Origin: Pseudomonadota bacterium
GTDB lineage: Bacteria; Pseudomonadota; Gammaproteobacteria; Pseudomonadales; Halieaceae
Length of the DNA stretch: 64,000 nucleotides
Direction of reading: 5' to 3'
NCBI GenBank assembly: GCA_039025875.1
Contig: JBCCNK010000001.1
Span: forward strand, 9,147-73,146
Shown here: positions 49,069-59,997 of the stretch, piece by piece
How positions within the stretch are numbered: the stretch's first letter is position 1
Layout of the letters: every line of letters begins with the position of its first letter
Made by a program: the position numbers and the translations under genes
Notes under the pieces: generated by a model
What the model was told of the DNA's origin: nothing
The model's input: the letters and a program-made list of their open reading frames with translations, nothing else
Database searches by the model: none

Positions 49069-51080
49069 CCACCTTCTTGCGCCTTTTGGCAGATAAAGAC
49101 AAAGAAGCCAATCTTATGGCAAGTACTACAGCGCTTCGCGCAGGTGAATCAGATGCGAGAGTGTTCCAGGTAGAACCTGGGTCTTTTCGGGCAGTGCCTG
49201 GGGCGCCGTTTGCATATTGGGTGACACAGGTTTTTCTCCAAGCATTTTCGGAGTATTCGCCAATTCAGTCCGAGCAACGAGCAGCTGCAATCGGCGCATC
49301 TACGAAGGATGACGGGCGTTTTTTGCGGCTGAACTGGGAAATTGACCGGGATTACGGCTTCTACCCCTCATTCGCAAAAGGTGGTCACTATTCACCTTTC
49401 TACGCTGACATCTCATTAATAATTAGATGGAAGAGGGACGGCCGGGAAGCTAAGACATTTGTTAGCGATTATCGAAAAAGCAGAGGATGGAGTCCTCATT
49501 GGAAAGCTGAACTTCATAATCCACACTATTACTTCCGCCCCGGCCTTACCTGGCCACGTCGAACGAATGGCTTGAGTTTTCGGGTCATGCCGAAAGGTTG
49601 TATCTTTGCAGATAAGGGGCCTGCCGTCTTTATCGACGAAGATCAGCCAGAAGCTTTGCTAGCACTTTCTGCAGTAGTCAATAGCCAAGCCTTTGGCTTT
49701 TTGGTGTCGGTGCAGTTGGCACGTACCGAGCTAGCGCAATCGTTCGAAGTAGGGTTGATTCAGCAAACGCCGGTCCCGAATCTTGGTTCTGACGAGCAGG
49801 CCAAGCTAAGTTCGTTTGCTCGCCGCGCTTGGTCGCTCAGGCGCAGCTTGGACACTGTTGAAGAAACATCCCACGCGTTCGTTCTGCCTGCCACTTTGCG
49901 TACCCGAATAGGTGATTACAATCCACACACAATAGAAATGGAGTTGGTCCAGATTCAGTCTGAGATCGACGCCATCGTCTTTGATTTATATGGGTTTAGT
50001 GAGGATGACCGCGCTACGATGCAGAATGGTACGGTCGCGGGAGGCGAGGACGAGGCAAAAGAAGACAACGATCAAAGTGACGATGACTCAGATGACGAAA
50101 ACGGTGCGGCGGCCATTGACGACCTGGCAGGGCTTCTAAGTTGGGCTGTAGGTGTGGTCTTTAGCCGTTTCGACTGGCGCTTGGCGACCGCTGAGCGTGA
50201 GGTTCCTGAGGATCCAGAACCCTTCGATCCCCTTCCAGCCAAAAGTCCCGGGATGCTGCCGGATAGCGCAGAACCCTTCCATGCTCACTCCGGCATTCTG
50301 GTTGACGATGAAGGACACCCCCACGACCTGCCGAATCTCTTAGAAGAGGTTCTACAACGAGTCGATGCGCCGGTGCAGGTGGATACGCGTCGTTGGCTAC
50401 AACGAGAATTTTTTCCTTTCCATCTACAGCGTTATTCCAAGAGCAGACGAAAAGCGCCCATCTATTGGCCCTTGTCCACACTTTCCGGCGCTTACACCCT
50501 CTGGCTCTATTACCCAGACCTGACCAGCCAGACCTTGTTTACTGCTGTGAACGATTTTATCGAGCCTAAGCTCCAGCAAGTTCGTGGAGACTTGGACTCC
50601 CTACGTGGGAAAGGCAACGCACGTAGCAAGCAGGAGGAAAAGCAGCTTGAGGTGGCTGCAGATTTAAGCCAGGAGTTGGCTGATTTACGGGACGCTTTGC
50701 TGGCAATCGCGCCGAAGTATTCACCAAATCACGACGATGGTGTGCAGATCACAGCGGCCCCACTATGGCAGCTGTTCCGCCACAAGCCTTGGCAGAAAGT
50801 GCTGAATGACACCTGGGAAAAGCTGGAGCAGGGTGACTACGACTGGGCGCATCTCGCGATGAACTATTGGCCCGAGCGCGTGCTGCGCAAATGCCAACAG
50901 GACCGCAGCTTGGCCATCGCCCACGATGTTGAGAACACCTTCTGGCATGAAGTCGAAGTGCCCGTCATGCGGGGCAAAAAGCCTACTGGCGAAACCAAGT
51001 TGGAGTGGCAGCCCAAGGCACTGACAGACGATGAGCTGGATGCGCTGATTCAGGCGAAGATCAAGGAGAAGCGCGCATGA
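49065..51080 (+). CDS. pglX: PglX C-terminal (target-recognition) part
   Basis: VPGAPFAYW, AKGG, YFRPGLTW, RKAPIYWPL, PNHDDGV, GDYDWAHLAM. ATGA overlap with the N-terminal part. Confidence 0.82.
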   Translation: MTTFLRLLADKDKEANLMASTTALRAGESDARVFQVEPGSFRAVPGAPFAYWVTQVFLQAFSEYSPIQSEQRAAAIGASTKDDGRFLRLNWEIDRDYGFYPSFAKGGHYSPFYADISLIIRWKRDGREAKTFVSDYRKSRGWSPHWKAELHNPHYYFRPGLTWPRRTNGLSFRVMPKGCIFADKGPAVFIDEDQPEALLALSAVVNSQAFGFLVSVQLARTELAQSFEVGLIQQTPVPNLGSDEQAKLSSFARRAWSLRRSLDTVEETSHAFVLPATLRTRIGDYNPHTIEMELVQIQSEIDAIVFDLYGFSEDDRATMQNGTVAGGEDEAKEDNDQSDDDSDDENGAAAIDDLAGLLSWAVGVVFSRFDWRLATAEREVPEDPEPFDPLPAKSPGMLPDSAEPFHAHSGILVDDEGHPHDLPNLLEEVLQRVDAPVQVDTRRWLQREFFPFHLQRYSKSRRKAPIYWPLSTLSGAYTLWLYYPDLTSQTLFTAVNDFIEPKLQQVRGDLDSLRGKGNARSKQEEKQLEVAADLSQELADLRDALLAIAPKYSPNHDDGVQITAAPLWQLFRHKPWQKVLNDTWEKLEQGDYDWAHLAMNYWPERVLRKCQQDRSLAIAHDVENTFWHEVEVPVMRGKKPTGETKLEWQPKALTDDELDALIQAKIKEKRA

Positions 51081-52963
51081 GCATTATGCAACAGTCCAGC
51101 AAGGCTCAGGATCGAACACTGGGTGTGTGGTTCCAGGCTATTCAGCAGGGCCAGGTAAAACTGCCCCGGTTTCAGCGCTATGAGTCCTGGGACCGAGGGC
51201 GTATCACCAGCTTTCTCAACACCATTATCAATAACCTTCCGGTTGGTGTAACGCTCGCATTGGATGTGGCGGGGGAGGAGAAGTTTATCTCCCGTTATAT
51301 CGTATCCGCTGATCCCGCCGTGCCCGGAACGGTAACGCAGCACCTGCTTGACGGTCAGCAGCGACTCACTGCGTTCTGGCGTGCGATGCACAATAACTAC
51401 GAGTTTGAAGATTACTTTATCTACCTGCCGAGTTTCGATCAGCAGTGGAATCACTCAGAGGAGATTGAGGTCTATTGCCAGGGTCGCTGGACCAACAAGA
51501 AAGGGTCCCGTCGCCCCGTATGGGCCGACCACCCGTCTAAGTGCCTAGAACGAGGTCTGTTTCCGATTGATTTGTTGTGTCCGGGTGATAAGGCGACAGA
51601 AGTCGATAAGTGGGTTAACAAGGCAACGCTTCACTTGGAGCCAAACGAGCATGATCCAGAAGCGCTCAAGAAGTACAAGGTATATACAGCGACCAAGGAA
51701 AAGCTTAAGCAAGAGATCAACACCCTGCGAGAGCGGGTAACGCACTTCAATCTGCCGTATCTCTCATTGCCCTCCAATACACCAAAAGACGTGGCGCTCC
51801 AGGTATTCATCAATATGAATACCAATAGTAAGCCGCTTTCCCTGTACGACATTATCGTTGCCGAAGTGGAGAGTGTGGCGGGCAAGTCTCTGCACGATTT
51901 GGAAGATCACCTAGTCAGCAAGTGCCCCAAGGCGGCGCGCTTTGGCGATGTCAGAAATCTGATATTGGCGACTTCGGCGCTGTTGCAGGAGAAAACGCCC
52001 AATAACAAGGGCATGGTCGAGATGGACAAGCAGGTGCTGCTCGACAATTGGGAGAAGCTGGAACACGGCCTGGAGCGCATGGCCAACCTGCTTGAAAGCC
52101 AGGGCGTCTTTGATGAAGCGCGCTTGCCTACCAGTAACGTCTTGGCGGTCGTCGCGGCAGCCTATGAGCTGGTGCCCGAACATGGCGATTTTGTCGCTAA
52201 GGCGGAAAAGCTGTTGCGTGCCTATTTGTGGTCATCCTTCTTTACCGACCGCTACGAGAATTCCGCGGCCTCCAGGGCATACGCCGATTTTATTGGTGTT
52301 AAGGACAAGCATCGGGGCATCAAGGCATTCTTGAGCACGCCAGATTTTGATGAAAAGGCGTTATCCGAAGTGCCTGTCTTCAACCGCAAGGAGCATGAGC
52401 TGGCGGATGTGGACGCCCTGATGGCGGCAGGTTGGCCCAAGAAAATGGGTATTGAGGCACGGGGTATTCTGGCGGTTTCCAACTATTTTGGCGCCCATGA
52501 CTTTGCTGATAGCAAGCCTGCGTCATACGAGAGTATTCAAAAGCGCGAATACCACCACATCTTCCCCGATGCGCTGCTCTCTGAGGCGGATATCGATAGT
52601 TATTACGCGCTGAATTGCGCGCTGATTACCTGGAAGACCAACCGCATTATCGGCCGCAAGGACCCGCTGGACTACCTGAAAGAACGCGTTCAATGGGCGG
52701 ATGAACTCGCAGTATCTAACCGGCTGAAAACGCACCTGGTCTCCTTCGATTTATTGAGCAAAGCCCATTACCAGGGCTTGGACGGCGAAGCACTCAAAAC
52801 CCAGCTGGAGGCGGATTTTCGAGAGTTTATGCGTGATCGAGCAAAGCTGGTTCACAAGGCAGTCGTTCGTCTTGCAGACGGTGAGCAGCCTTCGCTGGAT
52901 TCTATTTGGGCGGCGTCTTCAGGCGAGCCAGCGGTAGAGGCGCAGAAGGAGGCTTCAATCTGA
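51077..52963 (+). CDS. GmrSD-like (DUF262 plus HNH-like) modification-dependent restriction protein
   Basis: LPRFQR, LLDGQQRLT, FINMNT..KPL; C-terminal EYHHIFP...N...TN. Confidence 0.85.
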   Translation: MSIMQQSSKAQDRTLGVWFQAIQQGQVKLPRFQRYESWDRGRITSFLNTIINNLPVGVTLALDVAGEEKFISRYIVSADPAVPGTVTQHLLDGQQRLTAFWRAMHNNYEFEDYFIYLPSFDQQWNHSEEIEVYCQGRWTNKKGSRRPVWADHPSKCLERGLFPIDLLCPGDKATEVDKWVNKATLHLEPNEHDPEALKKYKVYTATKEKLKQEINTLRERVTHFNLPYLSLPSNTPKDVALQVFINMNTNSKPLSLYDIIVAEVESVAGKSLHDLEDHLVSKCPKAARFGDVRNLILATSALLQEKTPNNKGMVEMDKQVLLDNWEKLEHGLERMANLLESQGVFDEARLPTSNVLAVVAAAYELVPEHGDFVAKAEKLLRAYLWSSFFTDRYENSAASRAYADFIGVKDKHRGIKAFLSTPDFDEKALSEVPVFNRKEHELADVDALMAAGWPKKMGIEARGILAVSNYFGAHDFADSKPASYESIQKREYHHIFPDALLSEADIDSYYALNCALITWKTNRIIGRKDPLDYLKERVQWADELAVSNRLKTHLVSFDLLSKAHYQGLDGEALKTQLEADFREFMRDRAKLVHKAVVRLADGEQPSLDSIWAASSGEPAVEAQKEASI

Positions 52964-52964
52964 T

Positions 52965-55487
52965 ATGAGTTTTGCAGAGTTCTTCAAAAGCTCAATACTG
53001 GAAACGCGGCTTGCGAAATCACAGGTCATGGTGGTGTATGACCCTGAATGGCGATACCGAGATGTTTGTCTGGGGATGGCGACCGAGAAAAGATCGGTGG
53101 TCGATAGCTCGGAATCGAGCATTACCAGCCGAGCAGAGGCGATAGCGGATCTCGGTAAGCTGGGTGATCACCAGATCGAGCAGTTGCTCGTCTATGTGCC
53201 GGCTCCTAAACCCCTGGAAGACGAGGATAAGCAGAGAGATCCTTTTGCCTTGTACGGCGTGTGTGGCGATATTTTCCCCAGTGGGGATGGCGATAACTAC
53301 CTGAGCTTGTGTCTGAAGGCCAAACCTGACCACGCGACGCAAGTGCGAGCGGTCTTTGATCAAGATCCCAATCCCACTTTTGCGGTGATTGATGCCATCG
53401 GTGGCGGCCTGAACTGGCCCAATCTGCGTGCCTTGCTCAAGGTGGAGTCCACCCGCGACATTTTGTTCGCTCTGATGGTGCCTAGTGATCTGCAGCAATC
53501 AGCATTGAAAGAGACCGATAGCTGGGTAGCGGAAGCCAAAGCGTTGCTACAGGACAGTATCGGTTTAGGTCTGAAAACCCGTGGCAAGACCTGGTCGGTC
53601 ATTGGCGATGAGTTATGGCGCTTTGTGCTGTTCAGTGAGTTTGTCTTTGATCTGCCGGAGGAACTGCCGCCAGGTTTGCAGGATGTGCCACGTGCCGAAG
53701 CGGCGGCACAGCCGCTGATAGAGGATATGTGTGAGCGACTACGCAGCGACCGCCGCACCCAGAATATCTATATCGAGCGCGCCGAAGCGATTGAGGCAGA
53801 GCTGGATCTACCCAGCATCTGCGGGCATATGGCGGATTTGGGAGAACGGGACACCTTCCCGTTTGAAGAGCGGACTTTCTTGCAGCGCGCCATGGAGGCT
53901 TTGGCACGCGACGATACCGACAAGGTAAAAGCCATTCTTGGACGCCATGCCCAATCGGTTTGGACTGGTAAGGGTGAGAGCCAGGCGCAATGGGATCTGA
54001 TTCGTTCGGCTTTTTCTCTGATGGAGTGCTGCCAGGATAACGATCGTTTGCTCAGCGAGCATACGCGGAGCATGGACAGTCTGATTGATCTGTATGTGAG
54101 CCAACTGCGGGAAATCGATCGCCTGCATCGCGAGTTTGAGCAAGCGGTCAGTGATTACGATTGGCAGGATGCGCAGGGCATTATGCAGCCGGTTCAACAG
54201 CAGGCGCGAAAGCAGTACGGCAAACTGATCGAAAAAGTACAACTGCTCTTTACAAAGCACCTAAAGCAGTCGGGCTGGCCGGTTGTCGGACGGCTGGCCA
54301 ATGGTGACGTATTCGATAAGTTGGTGGCGCCCAAACTGCAGCGAAGCGGCACTAAAGTCGCTTACCTGATGGTGGATGCTCTCCGTTATGAGTTGGGTGT
54401 CGCGCTTGAAAAGCAGCTGGCGGAGGATGGCAAGGTTGAACTGAAACCAGCGCTCGCTCAGTTGCCGAGTATTACACTGGTCGGCATGGCTAGCCTGTTG
54501 CCAGGTGCCGGTACCGGCCTGCGACTGATAAAGAATGAAAGTGGCTATACCCCGCATCTGGGCGATCAACCGGTAGCAAACGTTGGCCAGCGGATGGAGA
54601 TTCTCCGTAAGCGGTACGGACAACGATTCCAGGAAGGGCGTTTGGAGGAGTTCGTCCGCAACCGGTTCGAGGTTGACGGCGATGTTGAATTGCTGGTGCT
54701 GCGTTCAGTAGAGATCGACAGCCACTTCGAAAATCATCCGGATACCGCCCCGACTGAGATTATCAATGCCCTCAAGCGTATTCGGGTGGCTGTACACAAG
54801 TTGAAAGATGCGGGCTTCACCGAAGTCGTGATCGCAACCGATCACGGGTTCTTTATGAACACCCATGCCGGGGCGGGAGACACCTGTAGCAAGTTGCCGG
54901 GTGACTGGCTGAACGAACACCAGCGCTGTTTGTTGGGCGAGGGGAGTTCCGATAGTCACCACTATCTATTGACTGCCGAGAAAGCCGGTGTTCGCGGCGA
55001 CTTCACCAGTATCGCTGGGCCATTGAGTATGGCTTCTTATAAGGCGGGGATGCTCTATTACCACGGTGGTGCCTCGCTCCAGGAATGCGTTGTGCCGGTA
55101 ATTACGCTGCAGCTAGACGCCCCAGAGCAGGCCCCGGTCTCCCAGGCGACGGTTTTCTTGAATTACAAGAACGGTGCTAAACGCATCACCACACGCCTGC
55201 CCGTGATCGAAATCAGCATCGATACCCAGGATATGTTTTCGGTAGGCAGTGATTTCGAGATCTTGCTGGAAGCCCACGACAAACAAGGCGAAGTGGTCGG
55301 TGAAGCAAAGCCTGGCGGACTGGTGAATCCCGCTACCGGCACGATCACGCTGAAGCCGGGTGACAAGGTGCAGGTCACTTTGAAGATGCAGATGGAATAC
55401 GAAGGCAAGTTCAAGGTGAAAGCGCTCAATCCGTCCACGATGGTGGCTTTCTGCCAACTGGACTTAGAGACCGACTATACGGTGTAA
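52965..55487 (+). CDS. pglZ: BREX PglZ phosphatase-fold protein
   Basis: MVDALRYE, LPSITLVGMASLLPG, IATDHGF, YYHGGASLQE. Confidence 0.93.
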   Translation: MSFAEFFKSSILETRLAKSQVMVVYDPEWRYRDVCLGMATEKRSVVDSSESSITSRAEAIADLGKLGDHQIEQLLVYVPAPKPLEDEDKQRDPFALYGVCGDIFPSGDGDNYLSLCLKAKPDHATQVRAVFDQDPNPTFAVIDAIGGGLNWPNLRALLKVESTRDILFALMVPSDLQQSALKETDSWVAEAKALLQDSIGLGLKTRGKTWSVIGDELWRFVLFSEFVFDLPEELPPGLQDVPRAEAAAQPLIEDMCERLRSDRRTQNIYIERAEAIEAELDLPSICGHMADLGERDTFPFEERTFLQRAMEALARDDTDKVKAILGRHAQSVWTGKGESQAQWDLIRSAFSLMECCQDNDRLLSEHTRSMDSLIDLYVSQLREIDRLHREFEQAVSDYDWQDAQGIMQPVQQQARKQYGKLIEKVQLLFTKHLKQSGWPVVGRLANGDVFDKLVAPKLQRSGTKVAYLMVDALRYELGVALEKQLAEDGKVELKPALAQLPSITLVGMASLLPGAGTGLRLIKNESGYTPHLGDQPVANVGQRMEILRKRYGQRFQEGRLEEFVRNRFEVDGDVELLVLRSVEIDSHFENHPDTAPTEIINALKRIRVAVHKLKDAGFTEVVIATDHGFFMNTHAGAGDTCSKLPGDWLNEHQRCLLGEGSSDSHHYLLTAEKAGVRGDFTSIAGPLSMASYKAGMLYYHGGASLQECVVPVITLQLDAPEQAPVSQATVFLNYKNGAKRITTRLPVIEISIDTQDMFSVGSDFEILLEAHDKQGEVVGEAKPGGLVNPATGTITLKPGDKVQVTLKMQMEYEGKFKVKALNPSTMVAFCQLDLETDYTV

Positions 55488-55490
55488 GCC

Positions 55491-57578
55491 ATGGACGAAT
55501 TAGATAGCAAGATCACTAGTGTATTTGATGGCAAGGTCGTAAGAAAAGACCTGCTCCATCGAATCAAGAAGGGTACCAATGTGCCTACCTTCGTGCTGGA
55601 GTTTTTGTTGGCGCGGTACTGCGCCAGCGATGACGAAGCTGAGATCCAGGGCGGATTGGAGGCGGTGCTTGAAACCCTGAACGATAACTATGTGCGCCCC
55701 AATGAGGCTAATAAAGCGCAGTCATTTGTAGCTACCAAAGGCAAGCATCGGTTCATCGATAAAGTCCATGTTAACTACGTGGAGAAGGACCGACGCCATT
55801 GGGCTGCACTTGAAAACTTCGACTCCAGGCGTGTCGCCATCTCTGAAAAATTCTACCGCGACAACGATCGACTGCTACAGGGTGGGTTGTGGTGCGAGGT
55901 GACAATCGCCTACAACGAGATTGAGGACGACGATTACGCGTTCTACATTGAAGACCTGCGCCCGATTCAGCTCAGCCGGTTTAACTTCGAGCAATACTGC
56001 GAAGGTAGGGAACAGTGCTCACGCGATGAGTGGCTCGACATCGTGCTGCGATCGGTTGGTTTGGAACCCAGTAAGTTATCCCACAGGGTCAAGATGCACT
56101 TTGTTGCCCGGTTACTCCCCCTGGTTGAGCCGAACTTTAATTTCATCGAGCTTGGTCCTCGCGGTACCGGCAAATCTTATTTCTTCAGTGAGTTTTCACC
56201 GTATTCCACGCTGATTAGTGGTGGCCAGGCCACAAAAGCCACGCTGTTTTATAACAACCAGCGCAAGAAAATTGGCTTGGTAGGCTTTTGGGACACTGTC
56301 GCATTTGATGAAGTAGGCGGCATTAAGGTCAAAGATCCCGACACCATTCAGATCATGAAGGACTTCATGGCCAACGGCCGGTTCTCGCGTGGGGTGGAGG
56401 TGATCGCCGACGCCTCCATGGCCTTTGTCGGTAACCTCGATCTTTCTGTCTCACAGATCGTAAATTCCGAGGTCTACGATCTGTTCCAGCCGCTACCCAA
56501 GGAATTTGATCTTGCAGTAATGGATCGTTTCGCCTGCTATCTGCCCGGTTGGGAAATGCCGAAAAATAGCAGTGAGTTCTTGACCAGTAACTATGGATTC
56601 ATCACCGATTACCTGGCCGAAGCCTTTCATCACCAGCTCAAGCAGACCAACCGTTTTGAAGAGGTCAACAAACGCATTCGTCTAGGCTCATCAGTCGAAG
56701 GACGGGACGAGAAGGGCATTAAGAAAACCGTTGCGGCGTTTCTGAAGATTCTCCATCCCGCTGGCGCGCCTTCTGATGAGGAGTTCCAAGAGTATGTGGA
56801 ATATGCGGTCGAATGCCGACGCCGCGTGAAGGAACAGATGAACAAACGCAAGTCGGATGATGAGTTTGCCAAGATCAATCTGTCCTATATCGGTTCGGAT
56901 GGCAAAGAGGTGATCGTTTACTGCCCCGAATCGAAGTCGGCTCCAGCGACACAAGAGCCTATTCGACGCGATATCCATTCGGACGAGGCGCCGGACCAGA
57001 CATCTAAAGAATCGAAAAAATCTGAGGCGATGCAAACACCGCCTCAGGTCGCCATGGACGTTGCTGAGATTCCTGAATCGCCGCCGGTAGAAGATCCCGT
57101 CATTAAAGAGCTGAAAGAACAACACTACACCATTCACTACGGCGCCACGGGATACAGCTATGAGTCGATTGTCGGTCCGTACTTAGAAGGTGCCAAGTCA
57201 GTTGAAATAGAAGACCCATACATTCGGGTGACGCACCAAATCCACAATTTTGTTCGTTTCTGCGAAGCAGTTACTAAGACCCCAACGGTCCGCAAGATAC
57301 GCCTGGTTACCAGTTACGACGACGATACTGACGTCAAGAAGATGTCAGAGAGTCTGAGTGAGCTGAAACAGAGCCTGCTTGAACTCGATATCGAGTTGGA
57401 GCTCAAGGTTAACGAACGCATGCACGATCGGGAGATTCGTATCGATAACGGGTGGACAGTCAAGATTGGGCGCGGTTTGGATTTTTATCAGAAGCCAGAC
57501 AGTTGGTTTGGGATCGGCACCAATGATTTGAATCTGAGGAAATGCCTTGAAACCAAGGTGGATATCTTTAAACGGTAA
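55491..57578 (+). CDS. brxL: BrxL-family AAA+ protein with a C-terminal MIT_C/PLD-like domain in place of the Lon protease
   Basis: GKVVRKDL, NVPTFVLEFLL, ELGPRGTGKS, VAFDEV, PGWE. C-terminal IEDPYIR...HDREIRIDNGWTVKIGRGLD. No Lon catalytic motif seen. Confidence 0.88.
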   Translation: MDELDSKITSVFDGKVVRKDLLHRIKKGTNVPTFVLEFLLARYCASDDEAEIQGGLEAVLETLNDNYVRPNEANKAQSFVATKGKHRFIDKVHVNYVEKDRRHWAALENFDSRRVAISEKFYRDNDRLLQGGLWCEVTIAYNEIEDDDYAFYIEDLRPIQLSRFNFEQYCEGREQCSRDEWLDIVLRSVGLEPSKLSHRVKMHFVARLLPLVEPNFNFIELGPRGTGKSYFFSEFSPYSTLISGGQATKATLFYNNQRKKIGLVGFWDTVAFDEVGGIKVKDPDTIQIMKDFMANGRFSRGVEVIADASMAFVGNLDLSVSQIVNSEVYDLFQPLPKEFDLAVMDRFACYLPGWEMPKNSSEFLTSNYGFITDYLAEAFHHQLKQTNRFEEVNKRIRLGSSVEGRDEKGIKKTVAAFLKILHPAGAPSDEEFQEYVEYAVECRRRVKEQMNKRKSDDEFAKINLSYIGSDGKEVIVYCPESKSAPATQEPIRRDIHSDEAPDQTSKESKKSEAMQTPPQVAMDVAEIPESPPVEDPVIKELKEQHYTIHYGATGYSYESIVGPYLEGAKSVEIEDPYIRVTHQIHNFVRFCEAVTKTPTVRKIRLVTSYDDDTDVKKMSESLSELKQSLLELDIELELKVNERMHDREIRIDNGWTVKIGRGLDFYQKPDSWFGIGTNDLNLRKCLETKVDIFKR

Positions 57579-59694
57579 GGTCGTTCAGGGTCATTTTCAT
57601 TGAGTCCATCACTCGCAGTGAGCTTGGGACTGGAAGTCAACAGATGCTTGTGTGTTATCGGGATATGGTCGGCCACTCTGGTGTTGGCTAATAATGCTTA
57701 GTACTTATGCGGCAAAACTGCTGTGGGTCCATGTCGGAGATAGCAAGGATTAGCGTTGATGACTCTGTAGTTAGCTCTCAATTCAACCAGATATGAGGAT
57801 TCGGAGCAGCATTTAAGGTGGGTTGCGAAGTCCGGAGAAGAGATGCCAGCTAACGTTGAGGTCGCTGCCAATCTGTTGGAACGATCCTGGAACGACTATG
57901 TTCAGGGTAATCTGAGATGGCAAGGGTTGGAGTAGAGGGCGAATGTCATGAACGATGTATTGGCATCGCTGAACAAGTGGTTCTCAGAGCGGCCGCAGTG
58001 GCTCCAGATTGCGGCTACCCGGTTACTTCAGCAACCTGAGTTCACGGAAGAAGACGTCTCTGAGCTCGCAAACCTTTGTCAGCAGGAAGTCAACGGTAAG
58101 CCGCCCATAACGACCTGTTCATTTCCTCCCACCGCGTTCTCCCAGGGCGCAGCAGGCTCCCTGCGCTTAAGTTCAATCAGTGAAGTCGAAGGAGTGAACG
58201 CCCTTGCTCCGAAAAAGCCACTTGAGTTTGGTAAGGGCAATCTAACGGTCGTGTACGGCAACAACGGGTCAGGCAAGTCCGGTTACGTCAGACTCCTCAA
58301 ACATGTATGCGGGGCCCGCGTGACAGGCACTCTCCACCCCAACGTCTATAAGCACGGCTCTACCGCACAGAAAGCTCGCATTTCTTTTGAGAAGGACGGC
58401 GTACCGAGAACTCACACGTGGTCAGGGCAAGGGATCTGCGGTGACCTCAATGGTGTTGACATTTTCGACGCCTCATTTGGCAAAGTCTTTGTCAGCAGCG
58501 AAGATGAAGTGAGTTACGAGCCGCCGGTTCTATCGTTCTTCAGTTCGCTCATAGCTGCGTGCGAGCAGGTCGCATCAGCTCTGGACACCGAGGCCAACCG
58601 GCACCAGTCCAAAAAGCCGAACATGCCTGCTGAGAGCAAGGTAACTCCTGAAGGGATTTGGTACGAAACCATCAGCGCCAAGACCAGCACCCAGGACGTC
58701 GACAAGCATTGCGCATTTGGCACTGCTGACGAAGCGCAGATGCAAACGCTGCAGCAGCGCATTGCCGAACAGGCACCAGCAGAAAAGGCGAAACGGCTGA
58801 GAACGCGAAAACAGCATATCGATACTCTGGTCCAGGACGCTCAAAAGTATCTTGAGCAACTGTCGGAGGAGAATTTCCGGCGGATCATTGCTGCCAGGAA
58901 GAAGTCGATGCTCAAGAAGGCAGCGGCAGATACGGCCGCAGAAAAGGTGTTCGCCGGCAGCGAGCTGGAGGGCATCGGCTCTGATGTCTGGAAAGACCTA
59001 TGGGAAGCAGCCCGGAACTTCTCCGTCTCGGCTGTGTACAAAGGGGCTGAGTACCCGAATGTTTCTGATGGCTCCCGCTGTGTCCTTTGTCACCAGCCCT
59101 TGTCCGAGGATGCCAAGGAGCGGTTGACATCCTTCGAAGACTTTGTGCAAGGCGAAATGCAGAAAGCCGCAGAGGATGCGGCAAAGGAATACGAAGACGC
59201 CAGTCAAACTATCGAGGAGCTCCCGACATCGGACACGTTGAAGGTACGTATCGATGCAGCTGGCATTCCAGAGAATCTAGTCGCCAACCAGGTGGCGGAT
59301 TTCTTTGCGCAATTACAGGCCAGACAAGACATGCTTGCCGGGATCGATTCCGAAGAAGCCATTCCCGAACAGCTACCCTCACCGAAATGGATCGAAGAAG
59401 CCAACGCTCATTCGAGAAGCCTCGGTGAACTTGCAGCGAAGTATGACGAAGACGCCGAAAGCGACAATCGTGAGGAAATCAAGAAGAAGCTGAACAGTCT
59501 GCAGGCTAGAAAGTGGTTGTCTGAACACCGCGCCGCCATTCACGAAGAAGTCGCCCGATTGAAGCGGCTGGACCGAATTCAGGAAGCCAAGAAGTCGACC
59601 AACACCAAAGCCCTATCTCAAAAGAAAGGAGTGAGGTCGGTCGGAATTCGTGGAGTCCATCGGATCGTTTATCTTTACGATCTGGAGGACAACG

Positions 59695-59997
59695 ATGGAA
59701 AGAATACCCAGGGCATCCTACACACCGGAGTTTCGGGCTGAGGCCGTGAAGCTGGTGGAGTCGACGGGCATGTCGGTGGCGAGGGCTGCCGATCAGCTGT
59801 CGATTCCCAAGAGCAGTCTCAGTAACTGGGTACGCGCGGCCCGAGCGGGGAAGCTGAAGCAGGTAGGTGAACATCAACGCGCACCTACGGAGCTGGAGAT
59901 GGAGTTGGCGCGCGCCAAGCGTGAGCTCGCCGAAGTCAAACAGGAGCGCGACCTGCTAAAAAAGTTTGCGGCGTACTTCGCGAAGGAATCCCGGTGA
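59695..59997 (+). CDS. IS3 transposase OrfA
   Basis: YTPEFRAEAVKL, HTH, leucine zipper; A-AAA-AAG slippery site at 59958-59964. Confidence 0.93.
   Translation: MERIPRASYTPEFRAEAVKLVESTGMSVARAADQLSIPKSSLSNWVRAARAGKLKQVGEHQRAPTELEMELARAKRELAEVKQERDLLKKFAAYFAKESR

Noticed and set aside
57770-57934. Short open frame ending ...WQGLE* between brxL and the ATPase
   Set aside because: No convincing start or family assignment; possibly a gene remnant, but unsupported.
59630-59741. C-terminal tail of ORF 57948-59741 and N-terminus of ORF 60866-61798
   Set aside because: These are read-through into IS3 ends and not part of the native protein.
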